A stretch of DNA of 64,000 nucleotides from a virus. Taxonomy: Duplodnaviria; Heunggongvirae; Uroviricota; Caudoviricetes. Below the pieces are notes generated by a model, which was not told the DNA's origin, made no database searches, and worked only from the letters and a program-made list of their open reading frames with translations. Of this stretch, positions 17,394-26,463 are shown piece by piece. Within the stretch, counting starts at the first letter, position 1. Each line of letters starts with the position of its first letter. The DNA is taken from IMG/VR virus record IMGVR_UViG_2684623171_000009. The stretch is one strand, 5' to 3'. The translations under genes and the position numbers were made by a program.

Positions 17394-17760
17394 TAAAAAA
17401 AGAGCCAGCGACTGACCTGAAAGAAGACGCTGGCTAAAAGGCCTTATATGTTTGTAGAGACTTATTTTTCACAGACAGCAATGATGCCTGTCAATATATT
17501 ATCAATATGCGGATTGTTTCAGTTACAGATGCTTTATTAAGGAAAAAAACAGCCAGCACTGACTTTCGGTGGAGAGGTGCTGGCTCAAAAGGATAGATGT
17601 ACTTCACATGTTGCTTCTATATGGCAGTACATTTTCTGACAGACAGTGACGGATGTTGTCAAGATATTGTGTCATTTATAACCTGAATCAGGGGGTGGCC
17701 GGAATGTTATCTGGCATTTTTAGCAGAGCCTGAATGCCATAATCACGGCTCCCGGCGTTG

Positions 17761-17797
17761 GCCGTCAGTGGGTGACACTGGCGGCTTTTTTGTTTTT
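17761..17797 (+). terminator. Intrinsic terminator upstream of the holin gene
   Basis: GCCGTCAGTG-GGTG-ACACTGGCGGC hairpin followed by TTTTTTGTTTTT. Confidence 0.5.
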
Positions 17798-17841
17798 CTT
17801 TACTTTCATTTTCTGTCGGCGGTGACGGAGACATACATCAG

Positions 17842-18048
17842 ATGGAAAAAATCACAACAGGTGTGTCATACACCACGTCAGCGGTGGGGACGGGATACTG
17901 GTTACTGCAGCTGCTGGACAAAGTCTCTCCGTCCCAGTGGGTGGCGATAGGCGTGCTGGGGAGTCTGCTGTTTGGGCTGCTGACATATCTGACGAACCTG
18001 TATTTCAAGATTAAAGAAGACCGGCGTAAGGCGGCGCGGGGAGAGTAA
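17842..18048 (+). CDS. Holin (68 aa)
   Basis: Small protein with TM segments and charged C-terminus [13 protein letters not shown]; first gene of the lysis cassette. Confidence 0.8.
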   Translation: MEKITTGVSYTTSAVGTGYWLLQLLDKVSPSQWVAIGVLGSLLFGLLTYLTNLYFKIKEDRRKAARGE

Positions 18049-18049
18049 A

Positions 18050-18346
18050 GTGATGAAGAAAAAATACGAACTGGTTGTTAAAGGGATAAATAATTACCCG
18101 GATAAGATTACTGTTACTGTGGCACCGGAAATTGGTGGGTATCCGTCACTGTTGTTGCCAGATGTGGCGATTAGTCTTGACCGTACTGAAGGTGCCACGC
18201 TGGAGTTTTACGAAGCTGAGGCGAAAAAGCAGGCGAAGCAGTTTTTCATGGATGTTGCTGCCGGGTTATGTGAAGGGGATGGTCCGTTACCGGAAAAGCG
18301 TCCCGTAATTTTAGAGGCGCAGGATGTGTGTAAGCGTACAGCCTGA
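18050..18346 (+). pseudogene. Lysis-cassette hypothetical gene disrupted by IS insertion (intact 115-aa paralog at 50807..51154)
   Basis: Identical to the paralog up to ...EAQDV, then runs into the IS left end. Confidence 0.65.
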
Positions 18347-18400
18347 ACCGTCTGGTCAGAATCTGACGAATTAGACAAAGTGGTGTCCACCAAATAAGTA

Positions 18401-18802
18401 GTGGGAACCAAAGTATCAGATATGCAGAAAAATGTGACTCCCGGCAGGCGAAAAGGCTGCCCTAATTATCCTCCCGAATTTAAACAGCAGCTCGTTGCTG
18501 CCTCCTGTGAACCCGGGATATCCATCTCAAAACTTGCTCTTGAAAATGGCATTAACGCCAATCTGTTGTTCAAATGGCGACAACAATGGCGCGAGGGAAA
18601 GCTGCTATTACCTTCTTCAGAGAGCCCCCAGCTACTTCCTGTGACTCTCGATGCAGCTGCCGAACAGCCAGAATCGCTCGCAGAGGACCCGGAAACCCTC
18701 AGTATCAGCTGTGAGGTAACGTTCCGGCACGGGACGCTCCGCTTCAATGGCAATGTCAGCGAAAAGCTCCTGACTCTGCTGATACAGGAACTGAAGCGAT
18801 GA
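18401..18802 (+). CDS. IS66-family accessory protein (orf1/TnpA)
   Basis: First of three overlapping ORFs typical of IS66; start codon uncertain. Confidence 0.7.
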   Translation: MGTKVSDMQKNVTPGRRKGCPNYPPEFKQQLVAASCEPGISISKLALENGINANLLFKWRQQWREGKLLLPSSESPQLLPVTLDAAAEQPESLAEDPETLSISCEVTFRHGTLRFNGNVSEKLLTLLIQELKR

Positions 18803-19146
18803 TCCCGTTACCTTCCGGGACCAAAATTTGGCTGGTTGCCGGTATCACCGATATGAGAAATGGCTTCAACGGCCTGGCTGCGAAAGTACAAACGGCGCTG
18901 AAAGACGATCCCATGTCCGGCCATGTTTTCATTTTCCGGGGCCGCAGCGGCAGTCAGGTTAAACTGCTGTGGTCCACCGGTGACGGACTGTGCCTCCTGA
19001 CCAAACGGCTGGAGCGTGGGCGCTTCGCCTGGCCGTCAGCCCGTGATGGCAAAGTGTTCCTTACGCAGGCGCAGCTGGCGATGCTGCTGGAAGGTATCGA
19101 CTGGCGACAGCCTAAGCGGCTGCTGACCTCCCTGACCATGCTGTAA
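18799..19146 (+). CDS. IS66-family Orf2 (TnpB)
   Basis: 115-aa ORF overlapping orf1 stop (ATGA); IS66 Orf2-like sequence. Confidence 0.75.
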   Translation: MIPLPSGTKIWLVAGITDMRNGFNGLAAKVQTALKDDPMSGHVFIFRGRSGSQVKLLWSTGDGLCLLTKRLERGRFAWPSARDGKVFLTQAQLAMLLEGIDWRQPKRLLTSLTML

Positions 19147-19195
19147 ATCTCTTTATCCTGGTTGTCACAGAATAAGCCCGGTAAAATACGGGCTT

Positions 19196-20734
19196 ATGAA
19201 CGACATCTCTTCTGACGACATCTTCCTGCTGAAACAGCGCCTGGCCGAACAGGAAGCGCTGATCCACGCCCTGCAGGAAAAGCTGAGCAACCGGGAGCGC
19301 GAAATAGACCATCTGCAGGCGCAGCTGGATAAACTCCGCCGGATGAACTTCGGCAGTCGTTCCGAAAAAGTCTCCCGCCGTATCGCACAAATGGAAGCCG
19401 ATCTGAACCGGCTTCAGAAAGAGAGCGATACGCTGACTGGTAGGGTGTATGACCCGGCAGTACAGCGTCCGTTGCGTCAGACCCGCACCCGTAAGCCGTT
19501 CCCTGAATCACTACCCCGTGACGAAAAGCGACTGTTGCCTGCGGCGCCGTGCTGCCCGAACTGCGGCGGTTCACTGAGCTATCTGGGCGAGGATACCGCC
19601 GAACAGCTGGAGTTGATGCGTAGCGCCTTCCGGGTTATCCGGACGGTACGGGAAAAACATGCCTGTACTCAGTGCGATGCCATCGTGCAGGCACCTGCAC
19701 CTTCGCGGCCCATCGAGCGGGGTATCGCCGGACCGGGGCTGCTGGCCCGCGTGCTGACCTCGAAGTATGCAGAGCACACCCCGCTGTATCGCCAGTCAGA
19801 AATATACGGCCGGCAAGGTGTGGAGCTGAGGCGTTCACTGCTGTCGGGCTGGGTGGATGCATGCTGCCGGCTGCTGTCTCCGCTGGAAGAGGCGCTTCAT
19901 GGCTATGTCATGACTGACGGCAAACTCCATGCCGATGATACCCCGGTCCAGGTACTGCTGCCGGGTAATAAGAAGACGAAGACCGGGCGGTTGTGGGCGT
20001 ATGTTCGTGATGACCGCAATGCAGGGTCAGCGTTGGCACCTGCAGTGTGGTTCGCTTACAGCCCGGACAGAAAAGGCATCCATCCGCAGACTCATCTTGC
20101 CTGCTTCAGCGGTGTGCTGCAAGCGGATGCGTACGCCGGGTTCAACGAGCTGTATCGCAATGGTGGGATAACGGAAGCTGCCTGCTGGGCTCATGCCCGC
20201 CGAAAGATCCACGATGTGCACGTCCGCATCCCGTCAGCACTGACGGAAGAAGCCCTGGAGCAGATCGGTCAGTTGTACGCCATAGAGGCGGATATAAGGG
20301 GAATGCCGGCAGAGCAGCGGCTTGCTGAACGTCAGCGAAAAACGAAACCGTTGTTGAAATCCCTGGAAAGCTGGTTGCGTGAAAAGATGAAGACCCTGTC
20401 GCGACACTCAGAGTTGGCGAAGGCGTTCGCGTACGCACTTAACCAGTGGCCGGCACTGACGTACTATGCGAACGATGGCTGGGTGGAAATCGACAACAAC
20501 ATCGCTGAAAATGCCCTGCGGGCGGTCAGTCTGGGTCGTAAAAACTTCCTGTTCTTCGGCTCTGATCATGGTGGTGAGCGGGGAGCGCTACTGTACAGCC
20601 TGATCGGGACGTGCAAACTGAATGACGTGGATCCAGAAAGCTACCTTCGCCATGTTCTTGGCGTCATAGCAGACTGGCCGGTCAACCGGGTCAGCGAACT
20701 GCTTCCGTGGCGCATAGCACTGCCAGCTGAATAA
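19196..20734 (+). CDS. IS66-family transposase (Orf3/TnpC)
   Basis: 512-aa ORF with N-terminal leucine zipper, CxxC zinc motifs and DDE region. Confidence 0.85.
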   Translation: MNDISSDDIFLLKQRLAEQEALIHALQEKLSNREREIDHLQAQLDKLRRMNFGSRSEKVSRRIAQMEADLNRLQKESDTLTGRVYDPAVQRPLRQTRTRKPFPESLPRDEKRLLPAAPCCPNCGGSLSYLGEDTAEQLELMRSAFRVIRTVREKHACTQCDAIVQAPAPSRPIERGIAGPGLLARVLTSKYAEHTPLYRQSEIYGRQGVELRRSLLSGWVDACCRLLSPLEEALHGYVMTDGKLHADDTPVQVLLPGNKKTKTGRLWAYVRDDRNAGSALAPAVWFAYSPDRKGIHPQTHLACFSGVLQADAYAGFNELYRNGGITEAACWAHARRKIHDVHVRIPSALTEEALEQIGQLYAIEADIRGMPAEQRLAERQRKTKPLLKSLESWLREKMKTLSRHSELAKAFAYALNQWPALTYYANDGWVEIDNNIAENALRAVSLGRKNFLFFGSDHGGERGALLYSLIGTCKLNDVDPESYLRHVLGVIADWPVNRVSELLPWRIALPAE

Positions 20735-20897
20735 CACATCCCCGTCAATACGGCCCTCGCTGTACGCTTACGGATGTGTTGATAACCTACAGAGGAAAAC
20801 TACCGGGAATAATTACGGGTTCTCTGAAGACTCCACCGCTGGCCTGAAGACTTAACATATCCAGGGATTTGAAATCGATAAACCCTGATAAATATCC

Positions 20898-21431
20898 ATG
20901 AACGCAAAAATCAGATACGGCCTGTCGGCTGCCGTTCTGGCGCTGATTGGTGCAGGGGCGTCTGCGCCTGAAATCCTCGACCAGTTTCTGGATGAAAAGG
21001 AAGGTAACCACACCACAGCATACCGTGATGGTGCGGGTATCTGGACCATCTGCCGTGGAGCCACCCGGGGGGATGGTAAGCCTGTTATTCCTGGCATGAA
21101 GCTGTCGAAGGAAAAATGCGACCGGGTTAACGCCATTGAGCGTGATAAGGCGCTGGCATGGGTGGAGAAAAACATCAGAGTGCCGCTGACCGAACCCCAG
21201 AAAGCGGGGATCGCGTCATTCTGTCCGTACAACATTGGCCCCGGTAAGTGTTTCCCGTCGACGTTTTACAGACGGATTAATGCAGGAGATCGAAAAGGTG
21301 CCTGCGAAGCGATTCGCTGGTGGATTAAGGACGGTGGCAGGGACTGCCGTATTCGCTCAAATAACTGTTACGGTCAGGTATCCCGTCGTGACCAGGAGAG
21401 CGCGCTGGCGTGCTGGGGAATCGACAGATAA
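20898..21431 (+). CDS. Endolysin (lysozyme, signal-anchor-release type)
   Basis: N-terminal hydrophobic SAR segment; E...D...T catalytic pattern resembling phage 21 R lysozyme. Confidence 0.8.
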   Translation: MNAKIRYGLSAAVLALIGAGASAPEILDQFLDEKEGNHTTAYRDGAGIWTICRGATRGDGKPVIPGMKLSKEKCDRVNAIERDKALAWVEKNIRVPLTEPQKAGIASFCPYNIGPGKCFPSTFYRRINAGDRKGACEAIRWWIKDGGRDCRIRSNNCYGQVSRRDQESALACWGIDR

Positions 21432-21701
21432 GCAGAATATTTTGCTGAAAAATGAGGTTTGCTTACATGGACGGATAACACGAAATCCTGCAAATTGGCA
21501 AAATGTAAGTGAATAAAGTCAAAACAGTTGTTTAACACTCAGGCACCGTAATGATGCCTTTGTCATTTCTGCGCATCTCACGCGCATCTCACAACACAGA
21601 ACCTTTCAGGATGACCCTTGAGGATACCGGTTTGGCTGTCGGTGCCTTTCTGTGGGCTGGATTCCTGTGAGACAAGGTTCATCACTAAAAGGAAATAACC
21701 G

Positions 21702-22271
21702 ATGAATATGATGGCCGTGCCGTTTCACGGCAACTCTCTTTATGTAGTTAACCATAATGGCGAACCATACGTTCCCATGAAACCTGTCGTTGCGGGGATG
21801 GGGCTGGCCTGGCAATCACAGTTGGCTAAGTTAAGACAGCGTTTTGCGTCAACTATAACGGAAATCGTTATGGTTGCTGAGGATGGGAAACAACGCAATA
21901 TGGTGTCCATGCCACTTCGAAAACTTGCCGGCTGGCTACAAACCATTAATCCCAACAAAGTAAAACCCGAAATCCGCGATAAGGTCATCCGGTATCAGGA
22001 AGAGTGCGACGATGTTCTTTACGAGTACTGGACGAAGGGTTTTGTCGTTAATCCCCGTAAAATGAGCGTGATGGAAGAACTCAACCAGGCTTGTGCTGAC
22101 ATGAAACGGGATAAAAACATTGCCAGTGTGTTTGCTACCGGGCTGAATGAGTGGAAACAGGTTAAAGCCGCGCATGTATCAAAAATCCGTACGCTGGTAA
22201 ATGAAGCGAATATGCTGATTGATTTTGTCCTGGCTGATACAGGCAAAGGGAAAATAACAAAGGCGGATTGA
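21702..22271 (+). CDS. Putative antirepressor-like protein inserted in the lysis cassette
   Basis: 189-aa ORF between endolysin and Rz. Confidence 0.4.
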   Translation: MNMMAVPFHGNSLYVVNHNGEPYVPMKPVVAGMGLAWQSQLAKLRQRFASTITEIVMVAEDGKQRNMVSMPLRKLAGWLQTINPNKVKPEIRDKVIRYQEECDDVLYEYWTKGFVVNPRKMSVMEELNQACADMKRDKNIASVFATGLNEWKQVKAAHVSKIRTLVNEANMLIDFVLADTGKGKITKAD

Positions 22272-22424
22272 TGGGGTGGCTAATGATATCAGATAAACTC
22301 ATAACGCTGGTGAAGAGCCTCTGTGTACTTGTCGGCATTTCATTTTTAGTCATGCTGGTTGCCATTTTCTTTTCCACCGCCTGGCGAGTCCTGACGTTAT
22401 CGGGACTGGTGGGGTGAAAGAGAG

Positions 22425-22892
22425 ATGAACCGTGTTCTGTGTGTGGTGATTATTGTCCTGGCGGTTGGCTATGGTGCGCTGTGGCTGGCAACAAACCATT
22501 ACCGTGACAACGCGCTCACCTACAAAGCGCAGCGCGATAAAAAAGCCAGAGAGCTGGAACAGGCGAATGCCACCATTACTGACATGCAGGTGCGCCAGCG
22601 TGATGTTGCTGCGCTCGATGCAAAATACTCGAGGGAGTTAGCCGATGCGAGAGCTGAAAATGAAACTCTGCGTGCTGATGTTGCCGCTGGTCGTAAGCGC
22701 CTGCGGATCAACGCCACCTGCTCCGGTACCGTGCGTGAAGCCACCGGCACCTCCGGCGTGGATAATGCAACCGGCCCCCGACTGGCAGACACCGCTGAAC
22801 GGGATTATTTCATCCTCAGAGAACGGTTGATGACAATGCAGAAGCAGCTGGAAGGGGCACAGGACTATATCCGCACTCAGTGCCTGAACTAA
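22425..22892 (+). CDS. Spanin inner-membrane subunit Rz
   Basis: N-terminal TM, coiled coil, ...AVNHYRDN... and C-terminal TQC; resembles lambda Rz. Confidence 0.8.
   Translation: MNRVLCVVIIVLAVGYGALWLATNHYRDNALTYKAQRDKKARELEQANATITDMQVRQRDVAALDAKYSRELADARAENETLRADVAAGRKRLRINATCSGTVREATGTSGVDNATGPRLADTAERDYFILRERLMTMQKQLEGAQDYIRTQCLN
22645..22830 (+). CDS. Spanin outer-membrane lipoprotein Rz1 (embedded +1 frame)
   Basis: Lipobox LPLVVSAC and proline-rich [23 protein letters not shown], as in lambda Rz1. Confidence 0.75.
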   Translation: MRELKMKLCVLMLPLVVSACGSTPPAPVPCVKPPAPPAWIMQPAPDWQTPLNGIISSSENG

Positions 22893-23254
22893 GTTTTGCT
22901 GATGCGCCGTATCGTCGCCGTATTCCTGCATTAACAGAGACCGCAGCCCGACAGGGAGACTCCTCTGCGAGAGTGTGCGGGGATAATCAAAAACGATACA
23001 CACCGGGGTTTACCGCGTAAACGGAGCGCGGCGTTCTCCCCTCATGGTCGCCCGTCCGGTGCGATGGTGGAAGAAACTGGAATCTGTTCAATAAAAAAAC
23101 TGCCGTGTTGGAGTCACAGCAGTAATGTACTGATTGGGTAGAAGATTATTATTGTTATGCTTTATTTTTATTCTATATGGCTGATTATTTCAATTCGGAA
23201 TTAATACAGCTAATGTCTGTGAGTTTTTATAAATTCAGCAATATAAAGAAATAG

Positions 23255-23482
23255 TTATATGAACAGCCATCGCAGAGCATACTGTGTATCATTCTTTTTT
23301 ATAGTCAACTGACGGGCATATTTTATGTCTGCTGCCAGCTCCCGGCGGCAAGATTCAATGACCCACGCAGAAAAATTTTCTGAACCTTTCTGGTCAAGAG
23401 CGATGTTAATTTGTTCAATCATCTGGTTTGGAAATCGGATGTTGCGGGTTGTTGTTCTGCGGGGCCGGTTTTTCGATGACAT
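23255..23482 (-). CDS. Small basic protein (YlcI-like)
   Basis: 75-aa ORF conserved at 54054..54278, upstream of the packaging genes. Confidence 0.35.
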   Translation of the reverse strand: MSSKNRPRRTTTRNIRFPNQMIEQINIALDQKGSENFSAWVIESCRRELAADIKYARQLTIKKNDTQYALRWLFI

Positions 23483-23523
23483 TTTCTTTCCTCTGGTGAC
23501 AAGCTATATGGCGAGGATTTTAC

Positions 23524-23889
23524 ATGGCTGTGCTTCGTACGTTACCGGGCAGAATCAAAACTCTGAACACCCGGCGGATAAATGTCCTGAGGGGGGAACA
23601 GCGTCGTGTCAGTGGCAGTGCCCGGGTTTCCCTCAAACGTCGTATCTGGCGGAGGGATGCCGGACACTGTTGTCTCTGTAGACGCGTGGTTGACCTTTGT
23701 GACAGTGAACTCGATCACCGCATTGCACTTCAGTTCGGTGGTGGTAATGAGGAGACGAACCTCTGGACCCTCTGTACTGAATGCCATCGCCAGAAGTCAG
23801 CGAGTGAAGCGGCGGGTGGTATGCCTGATCCGACGTTGCCTGAGCTTCCTGATGGCACGCTCAGGGCCGACGGAATCACTGGCCTGTGA
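23524..23889 (+). CDS. HNH endonuclease (terminase-associated)
   Basis: HNH motif LDHRIALQFGGGNEETNLWTLCTECHRQK; adjacent to terminase genes. Confidence 0.75.
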   Translation: MAVLRTLPGRIKTLNTRRINVLRGEQRRVSGSARVSLKRRIWRRDAGHCCLCRRVVDLCDSELDHRIALQFGGGNEETNLWTLCTECHRQKSASEAAGGMPDPTLPELPDGTLRADGITGL

Positions 23890-23979
23890 CCAGACCCGGG
23901 GGGGATCATCCGGCGAAAAAAAACGATCGCCCTGGACACCGCGCCCCCTCTCACGCAGAGAAAAAATTCCCGTTTCAGG

Positions 23980-24110
23980 GCAGTTAACATGTTAACTGGC
24001 TGTCCGGGCATTTTTGCGGTTTTTATCTTTATTATTCAGTTTGTTGTGCGGAAAAAATGTTAACTGGCTTTTTCAGCAAATGTTAACCAGGCAGCAGTTA
24101 ACATTTGCGG
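23980..24110. promoter_or_regulatory. Putative packaging recognition (cos-type) region upstream of terS
   Basis: 14-bp perfect palindrome GTTAACATGTTAAC and inverted repeat AAATGTTAAC-N9-GTTAACATTT; TGTTAACTGGC occurs twice. Confidence 0.4.
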
Positions 24111-24178
24111 CATGAGACGCCGGGAAAAATGGGCTGAACCATACCCGGCTGAGTGCGTTATGGACCCGGGAGGAGGCT

Positions 24179-24742
24179 GTGCTGACAACGCAAAAACGAA
24201 AATTTGCGCTGGCGCTCATGTCCGGGAAAAACAAAACAGCGTCAGCCATTGCCGCCGGTTATTCGGCGAAGACCGCCAGGGTTAAAGGCTCGCAGCTGGC
24301 AAAAGATCCGGAGGTGCTCGCGTTTATAGCCCGTAAACAGTGCGAAACGGTGGAGGTGGATGAGGTTCCTGTTTACCGGCAGAAAAAATCAGAGCAGGAG
24401 GATAAACCCCGTCGCCGTGAGGTGGCTGCAATACCACAGCCGGACGAAAACAATCCGGAGATGCCTCCGCCCGCGGTGATATCTCATGGTATTGAATATA
24501 TGGAGGATGGTCTTCCCGATCCGGTGAAAGCTATGGGGCAGATCCTGGTGGAAAACCTGATAATTGACCCGAAACTAGCACTGGATGCGGCCTGGCGACT
24601 GGCGCAGTTCACACACCATAAAAAAGGCGATGCCGGTAAAAAATCGGCAAAAGGTGATGCCGCGAAAAAAGCGGCTAACCGTTTTGCGGTGCCACCGCCA
24701 CCCCGACTGGTGGTGAATAACGATAATGAGGGCAACGGATGA
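24179..24742 (+). CDS. Terminase small subunit
   Basis: 187-aa ORF immediately upstream of and overlapping terL; N-terminal HTH-like segment. Confidence 0.6.
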   Translation: MLTTQKRKFALALMSGKNKTASAIAAGYSAKTARVKGSQLAKDPEVLAFIARKQCETVEVDEVPVYRQKKSEQEDKPRRREVAAIPQPDENNPEMPPPAVISHGIEYMEDGLPDPVKAMGQILVENLIIDPKLALDAAWRLAQFTHHKKGDAGKKSAKGDAAKKAANRFAVPPPPRLVVNNDNEGNG

Positions 24743-26400
24743 TACCTGTATGGAGCACTGCCTGCCCGGACTGGGCAGAGCGCCTGAAAAAGGGGCTGTC
24801 GATTATTCCGGCTCCGATTTATCCGGACCAGGCTGCACATGCACTGGCGATTTTTAAACAACTGCGGATTGTGGATGCACCGGGTAGCCCGACGTTCGGG
24901 GAGTCCTGTGCACCGTGGGTGTTTGACCTGGTGGCGGCCCTGTTTGGCTCCTACGATGCGCAGACCGGTGTTCGCCATATCAAGGAAGTTTTTATCCTTA
25001 TCCCCAAGAAAAACTCGAAGTCCACGCTGGCCGCAGGGATCATGATGACTGCACTGTTACTGAACTGGCGGCAGGCGGCGGGCTACACGATTCTGGCCCC
25101 GACAGTGGAGGTGGCAGCCAACGCCTTCAACCCTGCCAGGGATATGGTACGACGGGACGATGATCTGGATGACCTCTGTCAGGTGCAGACACATATCCGG
25201 ACCATCACCCACCGGGTGACAGACACCACCCTGAAGGTGGTGGCAGCCGATCCGAATACGGTGTCCGGTATCAAGTCCGTGGGTACGCTGATTGATGAGC
25301 TGTGGCTGTTTGGCAAGCAGTACAAGGCGGAGGACATGTTACGTGAAGCCATCGGTGGCCTTGCCTCCCGCCCGGAAGGGTTTGTGGTGTATACGACCAC
25401 CCAGTCGAATGAACCTCCCGCCGGGGTGTTCAGACAGAAACTGCAGTACGCCCGGGATGTGCGCGACGGCAAAATTCATGATCCGCACTTTCTGCCGGTG
25501 ATCTTTGAACACCCTCCTGAAATGGTGGAAAGCGGGGCTCACCTGCTGATGGAAAACCTCGCCATGGTCAATCCGAATCTCGGCTATTCAGTGGATGAGG
25601 CCTTTCTGTACCGGGAGTATCGAAAAGCACGGGAAGCCGGTGAAGAGACATTCCGGGGCTTCATGTCAAAACACGCCAATGTGGAAATTGGTCTTGCCCT
25701 GCGCTCTGACCGCTGGGCGGGGGCGGATTTCTGGGAAGAGCAGGGCCGTTGTATCAGCCTGGACGATATCCTGCTGCGTGCTGATGTGGTGACAGTGGGG
25801 ATTGACGGCGGAGGGCTGGATGATCTGCTGGGGATGTATGTGATTGGGCGTGACAGGGAAACCCGCGAATGGCTGGGCTGGGGCCATGCCTGGGCGCATG
25901 AAACCGCGGTGGTCCGACGGAAGAGCGAGGCGTCCCGGTTTCAGGATCTTGTTGCCTGTGGAGATATGACCATTGTCCGGCGTGTCGGGGATGACACGGC
26001 GGAAGTGGCGGAATATGTGCGTCGCATTCATGAGGCTGAGTTACTGGACCATATCGGTATTGACCCGTCAGGGGTGGGGCAGATTCTGGATTCACTGGCG
26101 GAAGCCGGGATCCCCGACGGAATTGTGGTGGGGATAAGCCAGGGCTGGAAACTGGGCGGGGCCATTAAAACCACCGAGCGCAAACTGGCTGAAGGGGTGC
26201 TGGTGCATGGTGACCAGCCCCTGATGGCCTGGTGTGTCGGCAATGCCCGGGTGGAGCCTAAAGGTAACGCCATTCTTATCACCAAACAGGCCAGTGGACG
26301 GGGAAAAATTGACCCGCTGATGGCGCTGTTCAATGCGGTCTCCCTGATGTCCCTTAACCCGGAACCGAAAAAGAAAGAATATGCGGTTTTTTTCATATAA
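24739..26400 (+). CDS. Terminase large subunit (Terminase_1 family)
   Basis: Walker A FILIPKKNSKSTLAAG and C-terminal nuclease-domain acidic motifs. Confidence 0.85.
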   Translation: MIPVWSTACPDWAERLKKGLSIIPAPIYPDQAAHALAIFKQLRIVDAPGSPTFGESCAPWVFDLVAALFGSYDAQTGVRHIKEVFILIPKKNSKSTLAAGIMMTALLLNWRQAAGYTILAPTVEVAANAFNPARDMVRRDDDLDDLCQVQTHIRTITHRVTDTTLKVVAADPNTVSGIKSVGTLIDELWLFGKQYKAEDMLREAIGGLASRPEGFVVYTTTQSNEPPAGVFRQKLQYARDVRDGKIHDPHFLPVIFEHPPEMVESGAHLLMENLAMVNPNLGYSVDEAFLYREYRKAREAGEETFRGFMSKHANVEIGLALRSDRWAGADFWEEQGRCISLDDILLRADVVTVGIDGGGLDDLLGMYVIGRDRETREWLGWGHAWAHETAVVRRKSEASRFQDLVACGDMTIVRRVGDDTAEVAEYVRRIHEAELLDHIGIDPSGVGQILDSLAEAGIPDGIVVGISQGWKLGGAIKTTERKLAEGVLVHGDQPLMAWCVGNARVEPKGNAILITKQASGRGKIDPLMALFNAVSLMSLNPEPKKKEYAVFFI

Positions 26401-26463
26401 CCCTGTTCACACTGTAACCATCATGAACCGCTGCGGCGGTTTTTTTATTTTCAGGAGGCTGAT

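Larger units (their letters stand above)
18330..20771 (+). mobile_element. IS66-family insertion sequence (ISEc8-like, 2442 bp) with 8-bp target-site duplication
   Basis: Terminal inverted repeats GTAAGCGTACAGC.../...GCTGTACGCTTAC; GGATGTGT duplicated at 18322..18329 and 20772..20779; the paralogous locus lacks the insert. Confidence 0.85.

Noticed and set aside
14500-17840. Shiga toxin genes at the Q-tRNA-lysis position
   Set aside because: The position is occupied by TerB-like, small membrane and esterase genes; no A/B toxin subunit-like ORFs are present in either copy.
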